A DNA stretch of 64,000 bases, from NCBI RefSeq assembly GCF_022539665.2, contig NC_081333.1, positions 1,674,001 through 1,738,000 on the forward strand, written 5' to 3'. Positions 42,778-57,011 of this stretch are shown in pieces (position 1 is the first letter of the stretch; each line of letters starts with the position of its first letter). The translations under genes and the position numbers were made by a program. This stretch comes from Daphnia carinata. Its lineage: Eukaryota. The notes beneath the pieces were generated by a model. That model saw nothing but the letters and a program-made list of their open reading frames with translations, made no database searches and had not been told where the DNA came from.

Positions 42778-44569
42778 CCAGCGGCTTGTTGCACTTAACG
42801 CCGTTCCATTTGCTCTCTCTCAAGCTGTGCTTTTATAATTGTTATTATTATTGTATAGACTCGTTTGAAATAAAGCGGTGGAATGATGATGTGCAAAAAA
42901 TTGGTTAGCCAGCCAGACATATACACGTGAATATCGGCAAAGTTCTTTTGCGGATCAATAATCAGCACGCAACGTGTACGGCATTATTACAGCGCGTTTT
43001 GTTTCTCGTTCAGAAAATTATAGTTTACACGAAAAGGAATTCATTTTTTGTTTGCATTCGTGCTGAGGATGTTAGAACAAGGGCGAATATTTGCACAAGT
43101 GTTTCGAATCCTCGGGTATGTGATAATTCCAACTGGTTTTTCTTTTATTATCATTTTTTATAGTAGATCAAAACGCGCTACCATGTAAGGTAGTACATTA
43201 CAGTTGCGACAAGCTTACGTGGTTTTCCCCAAATGTTTTTCTGCATTTTTAACGATGTACAAAAATGTGGGAATCGCATGAAAAAAAAATATAACAAAAT
43301 AGTTGGAATAATAATTTTAAAGAAAAGGTTACAATCAAATGAGCTGCTGAGGATGCCTCTCATAGCTATTACGATCCTTATTTAGACATAGAAGAATGAG
43401 CTGTTCTCTTTCTAGCTCAACCTAATTATGTACGGCTTTAGGGCATCGGGCTCCTCGACGTCGTTTGCATATAAAATTCTGTCGTCAGATGAAACAAAAA
43501 AAAAAGCACAAGGCTTTTCAAAAGTTTTGACTTTTTTTTCTTTTCCTATTGTGCGGATGCTATGTGCCGCTAGCGCATTAAGAACCGTCTCGCGCTCCCG
43601 TTCCTGCAAGGGCGTTGATAATGCAACAAAGCTCTCGTTTCATTAGTTTTTTTTTTTTTAATTCTAATTATTTTATTTGAGCTAAACAAAAGAAAAAAGA
43701 CGAGGAGGACACTGTTGGTTTAAAGCTTACGTTTTTCTCTGTTTTTGTTGACCAGATCACACACACACACACGAAATGAATGAAAAAAGATTATCGAACC
43801 TTGAAGCCATGAATAGTGAAAGGCCTTTATAATTTTTTATTAGCTCAAATTTACGTTATTATTGTGGTTGATGCAAACGCCCGTATTCAAGAGTTCCATT
43901 TTAGAACGATGATTGTGTTCGTGGCAGTTTTAGCCACAAACACAGCCTATCTGAACAGCTGTACAGGTGCCGTTGGGTACTATCGTTTGTCTGACGTCGT
44001 TTTTCTATCTCTCGCGTCAGTTCTTATTTCGCAGCGGAACTTGTAGCTCACGAAGCAACACTACAGAAAAGTTGAGGCCAAGGCTGACACCGGCTTTCTG
44101 TGTGGGCCAAGGCTAAGTTTAAAAAAGAAACATTTTCGGATTTACAAATAATTTTTCTTTTCTTCTTTCCTTCGGCTTTGAAAACAAAGTTCTTCCCTGG
44201 CCGAAGGCCCAACCAATGAGCACCCAAGCCTGGATGTTCCCTCTTTCGTTCGTCTCGATTCTTCCCCCCAAACCATTTTGAGGCGGAGCACGCACATCCC
44301 TCTTCCCCGTTGACAATAGACTATGTAACGTCGGTGACCGTTCGGCTTAGATGAAAATCACGCGCTTGGCATGTAGGAACTTGTTTACCTTTCCAATCGA
44401 CTGTAACTCGTAGCAAAACACTTATAGTCTCTCTCTCGAGTTCCTACTTTTCCTTTTCTTGTGTGTACGCGCAAATAAAAAATCGTAACCCCGTGATTGC
44501 CACCACCCTCCTGGCCTTCCTTCTTGTTGGTTAGCTGAAATCGGAATCGGGAAAAAAAGATTGGCCGAG

Positions 44570-46821
44570 ATGGTGGCAGACCAAGAGACAACTCAGTTCA
44601 CTTATCAGTATTCTCCCATAAGTCTAGCTGTAGGGAGTGAAGAAACAGTTGGCGAAGAGGAAGTTGTCAAAGAAGAGGAAGTAACCATGTTAGCCGATGT
44701 TAAGAGTGCGACGGGCATCGTTCAGCCCGTCAAATGTGAATTGAACAAATCGACATCGATGGAAACTAAAGTGTATCGAAGACGGTGGATCATGTTGGCT
44801 CTTTTCGTTCTCGTTTTCATGACCAACGCCTTCCAGTGGATTCAGTTCTCCATCATCAATAATTTAATCACAAAGTGAGTTTGCGCATATTTTTGGATAT
44901 CTATCTCGTTCATTTATTTTATCTGTTTAATGCGCTTTTCGCAATTTCAGATATTATGGCGTTGAAAGTTCAACTGTTGATTGGACAAGCCTGGTGTTTA
45001 TGGTCGCTTACATTCCTTTAATCTTCCCCGGAGCCTGGATTATGGATAAGATGGTGCGCAGTTTATATTTTCGAATTTTTTTTAAAGGTGACATTAAAAT
45101 CTTTTAATGCTTAAATAACACCTTGTGTCGGCAGGGTCTGCGCGTTACTTTATTACTCGGAGCTTTCGGAACGACAGCAGGAGCTTGGACCAACGTCATG
45201 AGCGTCGCTCCTGATCGGTAAGATCCTAAACATTATTACTAGTTCATTCAACATTTAAGTAATTACATAATTTTTTTTTTAAGGTTTTACGTCGCATTGA
45301 TGGGTCAAACGCTTTGCGCTACGGCTCAAGTCTTTCTTTTAGGTAAAATCTTATGATAACTCTAAATCGCATTCGTGATCTAGTCATTTTCTATTGTATC
45401 TGATAAGGTGTGTCTCCTAACGTAGCGGCCGTCTGGTTTGGTCCCGAACAAGTTTCATCGGCATGTGCCATCGGCGTCTTCGGTAGTCAGGTATAAATAA
45501 CATTAGCTGACATTGAAACCAAAAAATGTGAAAAAAACAAAATAAATAAACATTTGAAAATGTAGGTCGGCATAGCTCTAGGTTTTCTCATACCACCCAT
45601 TTTAGTGAAGGATCACGAATTGAAAGATGATATCGGTGCGGATTTGCTTTTCATGTTTTACATCGTCGCCGGAGTCTCTACCCTCCTATTGTTGGTCGTT
45701 ATCGTTGGTAAACCAAAGGAAAATTATTTGAATTTTTTAGCTCATTTTCCAATCGATTTTTGAAAAAATTCCTTAACATAAATTTGCATGTGAATTTGGT
45801 TGGTCACATAGTATTCCAAGCGAAACCTAGTTTGCCACCAAGCGCTGCCCGATGCCTGGTTTCTCAACAGCCATCGCCCACCCCTTTGACCTACTATCAT
45901 TCCGTTAAAAGGATTGTTACTAATCGTGACTATAACCTTTTGTTGCTCACTTACGGTATCAACGTTGGCGTATTCTACGCCATGTCGACCTTGTTGAATC
46001 AGGTCGTTTTGCAACATTTTCCGGTATGGTAAAGGTATTGCCTATTTTTTAAGGTGATCTTTTTTTCTAATGATTGGACCTATAAGGGAGAGGAGGAGAA
46101 TGCTGGCCGAATCGGGTTGACTATCGTCGTATGCGGTATGTTTGGTTCGGTTCTGTTCGGAGTGATTCTCGACAGGACCCATAAATTCAAGTGAGATCCT
46201 TCGCTACTGTCGTTGGTTTCTGATGTGATCCATTCACGGCTCGTTGACCTTCTTCCCAATGCCTGAAATGAATTTTTTTTTTTTTTTTCGTGGATCATTT
46301 TAGGGAAACTACTCTGGCCGTCTACGTTTTTGTTTTAGCCAGTATGGCAGCGTACACTTTCACCTTCAAGTTGGAACACATCGCTGTCACATTTGTCACG
46401 GCCGGAGTAACGGGGTACACAAATCGTGTTTCAAATTTAAATTTGGCGCCATAAAAAGAGATAGGTGGTACTTGTTTCTTTAAAAAACCGGTTTGCCTTT
46501 AGGTTCTTTATGACGGGATACTTGCCAGTGGGATTCGAATTTGCAGCCGAATTGACCTATCCCGAGCCCGAAGTGACGTCAGCCGGACTGCTTAATGCAT
46601 CCGCTCAAATGTTTGGCATTATTTTCACTATTCTCGGAGGATGGTTGTTGGGTAATTACGGCTCTTTGGTATGCAATGGAACCATGTTAGCCGCGTTGTT
46701 GGTCGGCGCTGCCCTAACGCTGCCCATCCGCGCCGAACTCAAGCGTCAAAAGGCTAACCAGACAGCCGAGAACAAGCCAACAAAAGATGCAAAGGAAGCA
46801 ATTAAAGACGGGAATCCTTGA
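44570..46821 (+). CDS. FLVCR: FLVCR-family MFS transporter, copy 2
   Basis: Same motif series ([43 protein letters not shown]); exons splice in frame. Confidence 0.9.
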
Positions 46822-48718
46822 AGTCTTATGTAAAATACTGTTTTCTCTGGCCAGGGGCTTTCCCGTTGCAACATCGTTTCATATCTGATATATATGTTTC
46901 TGCCAATCTATTTCCACACTGACGGTATCTTATTATTTTACCCTGTTTGCACGATCCGTGTGATTTCTATTCGTATTTAAATTAAATTAACGTATTGTTC
47001 TAAGCGGAAAAATCACATTGAAGTGGCAGTACACAAATAATGAGAAACTATCCTGCAAATTTGACTTCAGACTGTTTGATAAATCCCCAACAATCTCGAT
47101 CAGAATTTTTTTGACACTTACGTAAGAACTGGTTTTCAATTGTACTTTTTGGTACGGATTTCCCCGTTTCAACCCGTTGGTGTTTGTTTGCGGTCGGCCA
47201 AAATAAAAAAAAATAGCAAAGAATGTTGAACACATTTTCCTTAGTCCTTCAATATCGAAAGGCCTCGACCCAACTATAGTGTCCCATTTTATGTTTTTTT
47301 TACTGGACACAACAGAGAGCCACGTGTAAAATTCTTCTACAGTGTCATTCTGTGACTTGAAACCGATGCTTTTAGTTCTTTGATTATCACCTTCCCTGTT
47401 GCGTAGTCATCTGAAAGTTAAACTCACGAGGCCGTTCACTATATACAGCGTATAAAACGTCTGTCAAGACGAGTGCGTTCTCTTATACATGATGCGAAAT
47501 CGTAGAAATGTTTTACGGACGTCTGATAGAAGAGAAAAGAGGATTTAATGGCCGTGAAAGTAATGCCCTTTTTTGGCAATATTGTTTTTCAGTCGTGACA
47601 ATGCGCACTGCAGATGGTGTCACGCAGGACAACTCGCTTATTTCGATTCCATCTAGCCATGAAGGTGGCGCTAATAATAAATACGTAGAGATTCTTGTAT
47701 ATAGTAATTGTTATACTAAATAAAGAAGTCAAAGGCGGAAAACAAGGACGCGGAGAGTTGCAATTGCCCGCATGGTCATTAGAAAAGCCATAGATAATCC
47801 GCGCTACTTACTTGCGGTGAATGGCGTATATGTTATTGTTATTATTATTTGTGGACGATCGCAAAATATTGGCAGTTATGGTTTCCGCATAGAATGGCTC
47901 GAATCTATAACCAGGTCATGGAACAAATGACACTTTGTCTTTTGTTTCAAGACAACTGATAAATAAAGAATATTAAAGAGGAAAGTAAACGATGGTTCGT
48001 GCTGTATAACCAAAGCCAATACTCAGCAGGTTGCCATACCAACTTGTTTTACCAGGGCGTGACTTTGATAAAAACTGCAGACCTCGATGTGTAAACATTG
48101 AAATGCGTCCTACGTGAGATTTTTCAAAGCCTTGCAACTGAAAAAGGAATTGTTTCAATCCTTGCTGGTACCTGTCTCAAAAACTGACAGATTGGTAACG
48201 TTTTCGCTATCAATTTTACTATTAATAAATAAAATTCATGTCAAGGAATACACACGAATGAGTATACCAGTTGAGTTATTTAGATCTGCCCTTAAAAGCT
48301 TTACAGTAATCTATAAACGACGAGTTTCCGTATCCGATTTCGGCCCACAGCTGTGCACGATTTTTGCGGCAAGGACTCGAAAGGGTCACTACTTTTATGG
48401 TACTTGCGTGAGGATTACTTAAAGCTTTGCATCGTGATTTTTTTTAAAACTATGCCATCAATTAAGTTATGCTATTATGGGGGACAAGGTTTTTTCTTCC
48501 TTTTGCTGGGAGGATCGATTGCCCCGAAGAATGGCAGCAACACGATTTGTACTAATTTCAATAAAGGTATGTCAATTAATGGATTTCATCAGATAATACT
48601 CGCGTAACACGAGACATGAATATATATGGCTTGTTTGAGAATGATTAGTACAGTCAGTGTTATAGCCAAGACCTTTCTTTATCAGCTTAAATTGGTAAAA
48701 TTTCAAATTGGTGGTGTT

Positions 48719-48791
48719 GGGGATGTAGCTCAGATGGTAGAGCGCTCGCTTAGCATGCGAGAAGTACGGGGATCGATACCCTGCATCTCCA
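48719..48791 (+). tRNA. tRNA-Ala (anticodon AGC)
   Basis: GGGGATGTAGCTCAGATGGTAGAGCGCTCGCTTAGCATGCGAGAAGTACGGGGATCGATACCCTGCATCTCCA; full cloverleaf, G3:U70, downstream T-run. Confidence 0.97.
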
Positions 48792-49607
48792 AGTAATTTT
48801 TATTTCTTTTTATTCATTAAATGTTTTCTTTGCAATTCGAGATATATGTCTCTGAAAAGAAGCTGAAGTAAAGCGTTCTGCAATCTGAGGTTACTGAACA
48901 ACATTTGACTCACAATAATCGCATTTGTATAGATATTCTCCGTTCCCGGATTGCCAGTATTCATGAAATTTACAGACATTGCCATGAAAAGCTTAAATTT
49001 AGACTAGAAATGTAGAGGACCTGTATTGGGACTTGTTATTGAAATTTCCTTTCCTAATTTAGAGAAAGTTTTGCCTACAATAATGCTTTGAACGAAGTAA
49101 TGAAGGTACTTGTGTGCTTGCCCCACCCTAGGCACCTCTGAGCTCGCATTAATGTTCAGAAAAAACTGGCCAAATGCAGCTTACTGTAATTTGCATTCAT
49201 CTGGATGATGCTTACGCATATCAGTCAGGTGTTTCGCTTAATGGCGATAGGAAAACATTATGTGTCCTGCTTTCTCTTCCATTTCGCGCTCCAAGGGCAC
49301 TGCTGGTGATCATATGATGCTAAACAATTTGCGAGCTGTTTATTGGCGTTACGCTGCCTGCGACTGGATACTTAAGATACAGCATAATTTTATTTCAGTT
49401 CGGTCGCAAGGATTCTAACGTAAACTCGCTCCGGCTACTTTCTGTTTCTTCGTATGATTGCGTGGAGTAAGATCCTGAATTACGAATTGTCCTTCATGGA
49501 GACGTAGTTTGGCGACACATTGTATGAAACGTAACGTACATTTTTTAGTTCGACGACTTACAGCAAGAGTTTGAGGTTTTAATGCATCAATGTTAAAATT
49601 TTATCAC

Positions 49608-49680
49608 GGGGATGTAGCTCAGATGGTAGAGCGCTCGCTTAGCATGCGAGAAGTACGGGGATCGATACCCTGCATCTCCA
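49608..49680 (+). tRNA. tRNA-Ala (anticodon AGC), identical second copy
   Basis: Same 73-nt sequence, followed by a T-run terminator. Confidence 0.97.
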
Positions 49681-50877
49681 AAGATTTTTTCTCTTTGTAA
49701 CTACCACCGGTTTTTAAACTTTCATTTCCTTTCATAATGCTAATTTCCTTTTATCTTGATTCTGCCTATTTCTGACATGAGGAAATCGAGAATTTTAATA
49801 TCCGCAGATTTCATACCAATAACCTTGTCACGCCCAACAGTCAATTGTTATCACCGAATTTCCGACATGTTGGAGGGAAATGAAAATATGTCCTTTCGTG
49901 GAATGCCTGCTCCCTAAAGACAGTTTTTTTTGCTTTTCGTGTCCGCTACCTGTAGTGTTTCGTGTTTGAAACTATATGCGCCGAACGTGATTCGGAAAAC
50001 AAATAGTTGGAACTGATGCCCTACAGCGAAAGTTGACCGTGCAGTGCCAAACGATTTCCAAAAAGAAAAAAAAAATCCCCGAAAATCTGCAGACACTTCT
50101 GAATAGCTCAACCTTATTAGTGATCACTACACAAACAACGAAACATGCCTGCCTTTCGTTTGCACTTTCGAAGATATACGCCCCACCCCCAACTTAGCAG
50201 ACATGCTTATTCTCTTGTTGCTGCTAGTGTTAGTTTGCGACTGCTCGTCTCCCAGTGTAAACCCACTGTTTTCAGTCCGACGCCACAGTGATACCAAATA
50301 CCAGTTATTCACGTAATTTCTATCGACATCTAGCAAACAGGAAAGTCTAATCTAAGCTGATAGTATTTCCTTTGGTTTTTCTTTGTTTTTAATGCACATT
50401 CACACTTAAAACAAATGAAGATTTTCATTTGATTCGTCTAGTCTGTAGTAATAACCGTCCAAACTCCCAGCCCAAACCATTGGTGTAAATCATCATGCCA
50501 TTGTAGCAGGTTAAAATTTTATTTAAAAAAATTGCAATTAAATCCGAAACATAGACTTTTAAAGGGTCATTACGTTTGCACAAATTTAACAAACTGTTTA
50601 GAGGATAAGTGCAGTAAAGTACGCCTCGTTGCTAGGGGAAGGGTACGATTTATCCTGTATCGTCTTTTGTTTCTTTTTAAGGAATTTTTTTTTCTGTGAA
50701 CCCATCTTTCATTTTACCTTGACCGGTGCGTAGTGCAGCATATTGGCGAGATTCGAACGGCCAATAAGTTTGTGTGTCATATCCTTATTTGACATTTCAA
50801 AGTCTTGGTCATGATCTCTGAATTCCTAGAAAACAAAATTAAGGTCGCATAAACAATTTTAGCAACGAAATTAAAGA

Positions 50878-52937
50878 ATGCCGAAAGAAGGGGGACAAGA
50901 CAATTTTGCAAAAGATGTATCTGATTTTGGTGAAACACAAATAACCCGATCCGACGACTCTTCCTTTTCATCGACCAATCACCCCAATCACGACCAATCA
51001 CCTGTGGCTAACACAAGAGTGTTCCGACGCCGGTGGCTAATGCTCTTCATTTTCGTTTTGGTCTTTATGACGAATGCGTTCCAGTGGATTCAATTCTCCA
51101 TCATCAACAATCTGATCACAAAGTAAGTAGTTTTTTTGTTTTATTTATTCATTTTTAGCAAAAGTACACCGCCATTCTGTTCTTATGCTTTTCTTCCATA
51201 TTCAGATATTATGGCGTGGAAAGTTCTACGGTTGACTGGACCAGCCTTGTTTTTATGGTCGTTTACATTCCGTTTATTATCCCAGGAGCGTGGATTATGG
51301 ACAAATTGGTAAGAATGATTGTTATTGTTTTTGTTTTCTTTTTGGGTATCTGTTACGTCATCGCTACCATAAGGGATTACGCGTTACGGTGTTGTTGGGT
51401 GCCATCGGAACCGCTGCTGCAGCCTGGATCAACGCCGTTGGCGTTGCACCTGACCTCTTTTACGTAATTCACACATCAGTAAAAGTGAATGACAATTTAA
51501 ATTGATCATTGTTGCATGCTAGGTGGTTCTCATAGGCCAAACAGTCGCGTCTGTTGCCCAGATTTTCTTGTTGGGCGTTTCGCCAAACGTTGCAGCCGTT
51601 TGGTTCGGCGCAGACCAAGTCTCATTGGCCTGTTCTATTGGAGTCTTTGGAAATCAGGTTTGAAATAATGCATGTATTCAATGTCCATTGTTAATATTAA
51701 CCTATTCAGTTTTAGATAGGTGTAGCACTGGGCTTTCTAATACCTCCAATGCTCGTACATGATCACGAAAACCCGGAAGACATTGGCACTGATTTGAGGT
51801 TTATGCTCTATATCATTGCCGGATTCTGTACAGCGTTGCTCTTTGCTGTCATTTTCGGTAACTATAATTTTTAGAGAGTAATAGAAAGCCATTGCAAAAA
51901 AAGAAAAATCTTTGAAACGTTTCTTTAACGATTTGCAATGCATCTGCAGGTTTCCAAGCCAAACCACCCGTACCTCCTAGTGGGGCGCAATGTTCCTCGG
52001 AGAAACAATCGTCCGGCTCCTTTTCAGGATATTTTACCTCATTGAAAAAGATTATTACGAATCATGGTTTCATGCTACTTTTCGTTTCGTACGGTATCAA
52101 TGTCGGCGTCTTTTACGCCATGTCCACTTTGTTGAATCAGACGGTCCTGCTTCACTTCCCGGTAACCAAACATAATTTGCAATTGTTTTGCTTGTTCAGC
52201 ACGGATGGACGAATAATGTTTCCTAATTTTTTGTTCTTAAAGGGCGAAGAGAAAAATGCTGGCCGAATCGGGCTGACTCTTGTTGTTTGCGGCATGTTTG
52301 GATCTGTTCTCTTCGGTGCCATTCTCGACAAAACCCATAAATTCAAGTAAGCATTTCTCTTGCAATTTAAAAGGTAGACATTCTGAAATTAGTTTGGAAT
52401 CATTTCATTCCTGATTTGGTCGATTGTTAGAGAAACAACATTAGCGACGTACGTTTTCGCCCTGGTTGGAATGGTTGCGTATACTTTCACCTTTCAATTA
52501 GAATATATTTCCGTCACTTTCATTACTGCTGGAATTGCTGGGTTAGTTCTTCATTTAAATATCCTTTTTTAAAAATATTCTTGACGAAATGTTTTTGGAA
52601 ATTTCTTTGCGTTTTTAGCTTCTTCATGACAGGATATCTACCAGTTGGTTTCGAATTTGGAACCGAATTAACGTATCCGGAGCCGGAAGTCACTTCTGCT
52701 GGATTATTGAACGCTTCAGCTCAGATTTTTGGCATTATATTTACACTTTTAGGAGGTTGGCTATTGGCCACTTATGGCTCGATGGTTTGCAATGGCTTGT
52801 TATCATCCGCTTTGTTGATTGGTGTCGTCATGACGTTCCCTATCCGGTCAGATCTTCGCCGACAGAAAGCCAATCGAAAATCTATGATTGCTGTAGTAGA
52901 AGGAGCAAAAGACAATCCTTTACCAGTTTCCGCTTGA
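50878..52937 (+). CDS. FLVCR: FLVCR-family MFS transporter, copy 3
   Basis: [51 protein letters not shown]. Confidence 0.9.
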
Positions 52938-53225
52938 AATAACACATCGATCTTCAGTAAACTGTTGTGACATTAGGGAAAGGTAAGCCGTTTATTCACG
53001 TCATTCTATTGTCGTTAAATCTGCGTACATATTATTCAAGAACAACTAAAACTCACCTTACAGTTTCAGTGCTGTTTTATTACATTATTATTGTAACCAC
53101 AATTTTTTTTTATTTAGCACTTGTCTGTAACTGAATGTTGAAGGTACAACGCGTTAAATTAAAATGTTTGATAACGTTTTTCTAATGCGGAGAATTTAGC
53201 TTCAACGTCAACATAACTTAAATCT

Positions 53226-54609
53226 TTACTTTGAAGTTCCCTCAACCTCTTCTTTAATTTTCTGCAAGAGCAATCGGCGGTACTGGATAGTACGTTCATC
53301 GACTTCGGGAGATGCTTCACCGGCCAAAGCTGCACGAGCCGCACGTCCGGATCGCGGTCTAGACGTTCCGAAGGCTACTTTATTGCCTGCTTCTCTGTCG
53401 GACAGCTCTTGTTGATGCAACTGAAGCTCACGTTCTTTTCTCTTTTGGCTGAGAATCTTATCACGCTGAGCGCGTAATAGAACGCGGCGGCGTTCTACAT
53501 CTTCGGGATCGGGAACTTTCGTTGCCACTAAATTACCCGAGCATTTTACTTTCAACGTCTTTGCAAAATTTAGAAAAAAAGATCCGTTTTCAAACCTCTG
53601 GTCGGAGTTTGAACGTTAGTTACGGGAGCAGCTTCTGCTAATGGTCCTGCAACTTCGTCGGTTGTTTGGCTTTTTAGAAGTCCAGCAACGGATGCAGCAA
53701 GCGCTCGGTCCACTAATTCGTCCAGTCAATAATTAGGCTCTTTTTTAAGGTTTTCATAGACACAGTTGAGATAACAAATTACCGTCACGCCTCTCAGCGA
53801 CTTGGGCATTTCGTTCTGCCACATGTTCGGCCATAGATTGCCGAATCGCTTCATTGATGTCTTCTTCGGAAAACTCATCGTTGGACGCGTTTTGACTATC
53901 AATGCTCGGATGTCCAGGATGATCACGCTTTCGGCGCAGCATTTCAACAGCTTCGTTATGCAACTGCTCATTTTTAGCGCGCATCAGTACTTTAAAACGA
54001 TCGTAATCTCCGGCGGATTGTACGGGCTCTAGCAGTTGCTTCAAGTCCGTAATGTAAGGTTAAGTATTGTAGCTTTCTCCGATAATGGGCCGTTGAATTT
54101 TATTATAATTTCTTTTGAAGTAGTTGTCGTACCTGTAAAGCTGCCGATCGGACGGAAGGCTGGATTTGACTCAAGGCTGATTCCAGGTGTTCTGGCTGAA
54201 GGCCTAAATCGTCCATGTAGGCACCCAGCATAACATCCACCTTGCAACCAGAGCATGTTTATCATCTCTAGGTCTATTGATCAACCGAATTAAACTCGAG
54301 AGGGGGAAGTCATAGTAGAGATCACTCACCAAATTACGAAAATCCTTATGGATTCCTCGATATTCATCCTCGAGCTCGGCACCATCACCTTCGAATACTT
54401 TTAACATAACAAAGAGTTCAATTTATCACAATATTCAGTGAGGAGATAAGAATGATTGAACTAATTTTTTTTTTTTACACACCGACGGATTTCTGTTCCA
54501 CAAAATTAAGAATAGGAGTAATCCAAACAGGTCCTTGCAGATAAGCTACCAATGAATCGAGGATCCAATCAGCGTTATTCTCTTCGGGAACACCGTCTGT
54601 TGCTTCCAT
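53226..54609 (-). CDS. CFAP36: Cilia- and flagella-associated protein 36 (CCDC104, BART-like domain), multi-exon
   Basis: DWILDSLVAYLQGPVWITPILNFVEQKSV|VFE...EYRGIHKDFRNL|VDVMLGAYMDDLG, LLEPV....DYDRFKVLMRAKNEQL, C-terminal ERRRVLLRAQRDKIL..KRKER. Confidence 0.85.
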
Positions 54610-54972
54610 TGCTGACGAAGGCAGTGTACAAAGCTTCTGAAACTGGCAGATTACATCCACAATTGGTGCTCCACTTCGGGAAATCGGACCGCTGGACTGT
54701 GGGTTGGCAGCGCGATCCATGTTGTATGTTGCCATGACAACCAAACAATAACAAACTCTCACCAAGGTAAGGTCTGCTTAATTTTTCAAACATTCTATAC
54801 ACCACATAATAAGCGGACTGCTATGATTTGGGAAGTTAGTTATACTCGTATGTACGCAACAGCTGTGTATTAATTTGGCCGTTCGATAAAAACCGCTTGG
54901 TGTACATTTGTCATGCGGCACCTGTAGTAAGAGTGTTAAAGATGGAATATTATTTATCGACACGTAATGTTA

Positions 54973-57011
54973 TTATTTTTTTGGCCTCCTAAACGGCGAT
55001 AGGTAATAGTTGCTGGCAGGGCGGACACTATTTGCCTTCTCCTTCTTCAGAAGAATCAGAACGCCACTTTCAGATGGAATTATTAGCAAATTAGAGCACA
55101 TTGCAATCATATGTTTGAAAGAAAACCTACACGAATGTCATTAGCAGCATAATTTCAATGCCCATCTCGACAAGGAAAACGGTTGCAGAAAACAAGCCCT
55201 GAGTTGTTTTGTACAACGAATCGAAGCTGACCAACGCAATAAGAGGAACAAGGGATTCCAAGACGGCAACAAATGAATAGATGTGACCTATAGACATAGG
55301 AAAACGGGATGTTTTTGGTATGAATTTCAATGTTCATGTACAAATCGTATTTTTTTTACTTTTTATAGACTTACTGATTTCATCGGCTTTCACCAGTTTG
55401 GAGAGCAGTGACCTGATAACAACGGCAATTCCCAACGACAACAAACGGCCAAGCGTGGCTAGCAAAGAAAGGGCTCCATTAGTCAAAACCAATTAACGAT
55501 GAAACACTTATCTGGCCAGAGCTAGAATTACAGAGATACACGATCGTTGAAGATGCGGCTAAAGCTATAAACAGGTACGACAACACATTCCCACTTGATG
55601 ACAAAATGCCAATTATAACGTCCGAAAATCTCAAATAATCTGATAGAAGAGGCAAGAAAAGAAGAGTTCCTAAAACCGATCGAAAGATGTTAACTAGCAA
55701 TCTCTTTTTCTCACAGGTCCAAAACGGCTTTAAAAAATGACACTTACCCAGGATTTCAACAAAAGAAAAGCTAGCCGTGTACAAAATATAATCAGAATGG
55801 TCCCAGGAAAAGTTGTCTCTCGTGTAAAGGTAAGCTACACCGTAGTGGGCTGCAAAAAACAAGAATGTTGAACCCTTGGCTCGTCCAATCATTGCATTTC
55901 GTTTTAGTTTGATTTGTTCTTTACTAACCGTATGAAAACAAATTCAAGAAAAAGCAAATCATCAAACAAAAAATTAAAATGCGTTCGTATCCTTTCCGTA
56001 GGTTGAAAACAATGACGGGCCAGTGCCTCACATTTTTCAGAATGACTCCACAATTGCATTTTTCTGATAGCGATTCTCTTATGGATTGTTCTGCTTCTTT
56101 TGCTGAAGTGGATTTTATGACAATAAGCCGAGCGAATCGATTTTTCGCTGGTTGGCCTCGTGAATCACGAACAAAGAAGAACAGGTAAATCAATGATAAG
56201 GTATAGAAACCAAGTGCACTCAACCAAATGGCCAGGTAACCGCCTAGATTGTATACGACGGCACTAATCAATTGTGATGAAATCTGAACAGCTATGGCGA
56301 CTACGCCGGCCATGATCGCCAGTCGGAGTGTCCTGGATTCTTCCGTCGTTACATCCACAATGTAGCTGCGTAAGAATACATATGATTGCGTATGAAAGAC
56401 GTCACGAATGATGCGTAAACTTTTTGTTACGTATTTACAGCCATAACAAAGGTAGCTCTGCCACCTAGGACACCTATTGACATGTCAGCAAAAAGAAGAA
56501 ATTCAGCTGAAAGCGAATCCGCGAAATAATTTGCCATGACGATTAAAGTGGATATGATTTGTCCAGTGGTAGGAGCAACCATCAAGAATTTTGTTCCGTA
56601 TTGATTGCTGAGTGGTCCGAATAATAAGATAAAGAGGGCTGAAAGGAAGTGATCAATCAGTGAGCCGTACATATTCAAAATACTAGCATAACTTTCGATG
56701 TAATCCAGCGTCTCCAAAGGAATTTGTGTGAAAACCGAATGCGTTCCATTACTACCATAGCAATCACTGAAATTAGGATTGAAGGTATAATAGCTCCTGC
56801 AGACTTTGTAGGAAAGCATGTATTGTTTAGGGACAGACTGCGGGCAAACAAGAATGAGGTTCGCTAGCAAAACAAGGCAGTAGAGATGGGAGAATTTTAC
56901 CTGTATAACGGTTGCCATAACGAAGAGAAAGCCAAAAGGTTCGATCGTGATATGTAGCTTCTGGAATGTTACGCTTATCCACGTTACTACCTTTTGATAG
57001 GCCGCCATCAT
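54973..57011 (-). CDS. SLC46/proton-coupled folate transporter-like MFS protein, multi-exon
   Basis: ITIEPFGFLF, YKVC, LFGPLSNQYGTKFLM, SYIVDVTTEESRTLRLAI, YLYTRDNFSWD, IRSLLSKLVKADE, multiple TM segments; spliced last exon ends at TAA 54973-54975. Confidence 0.75.
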
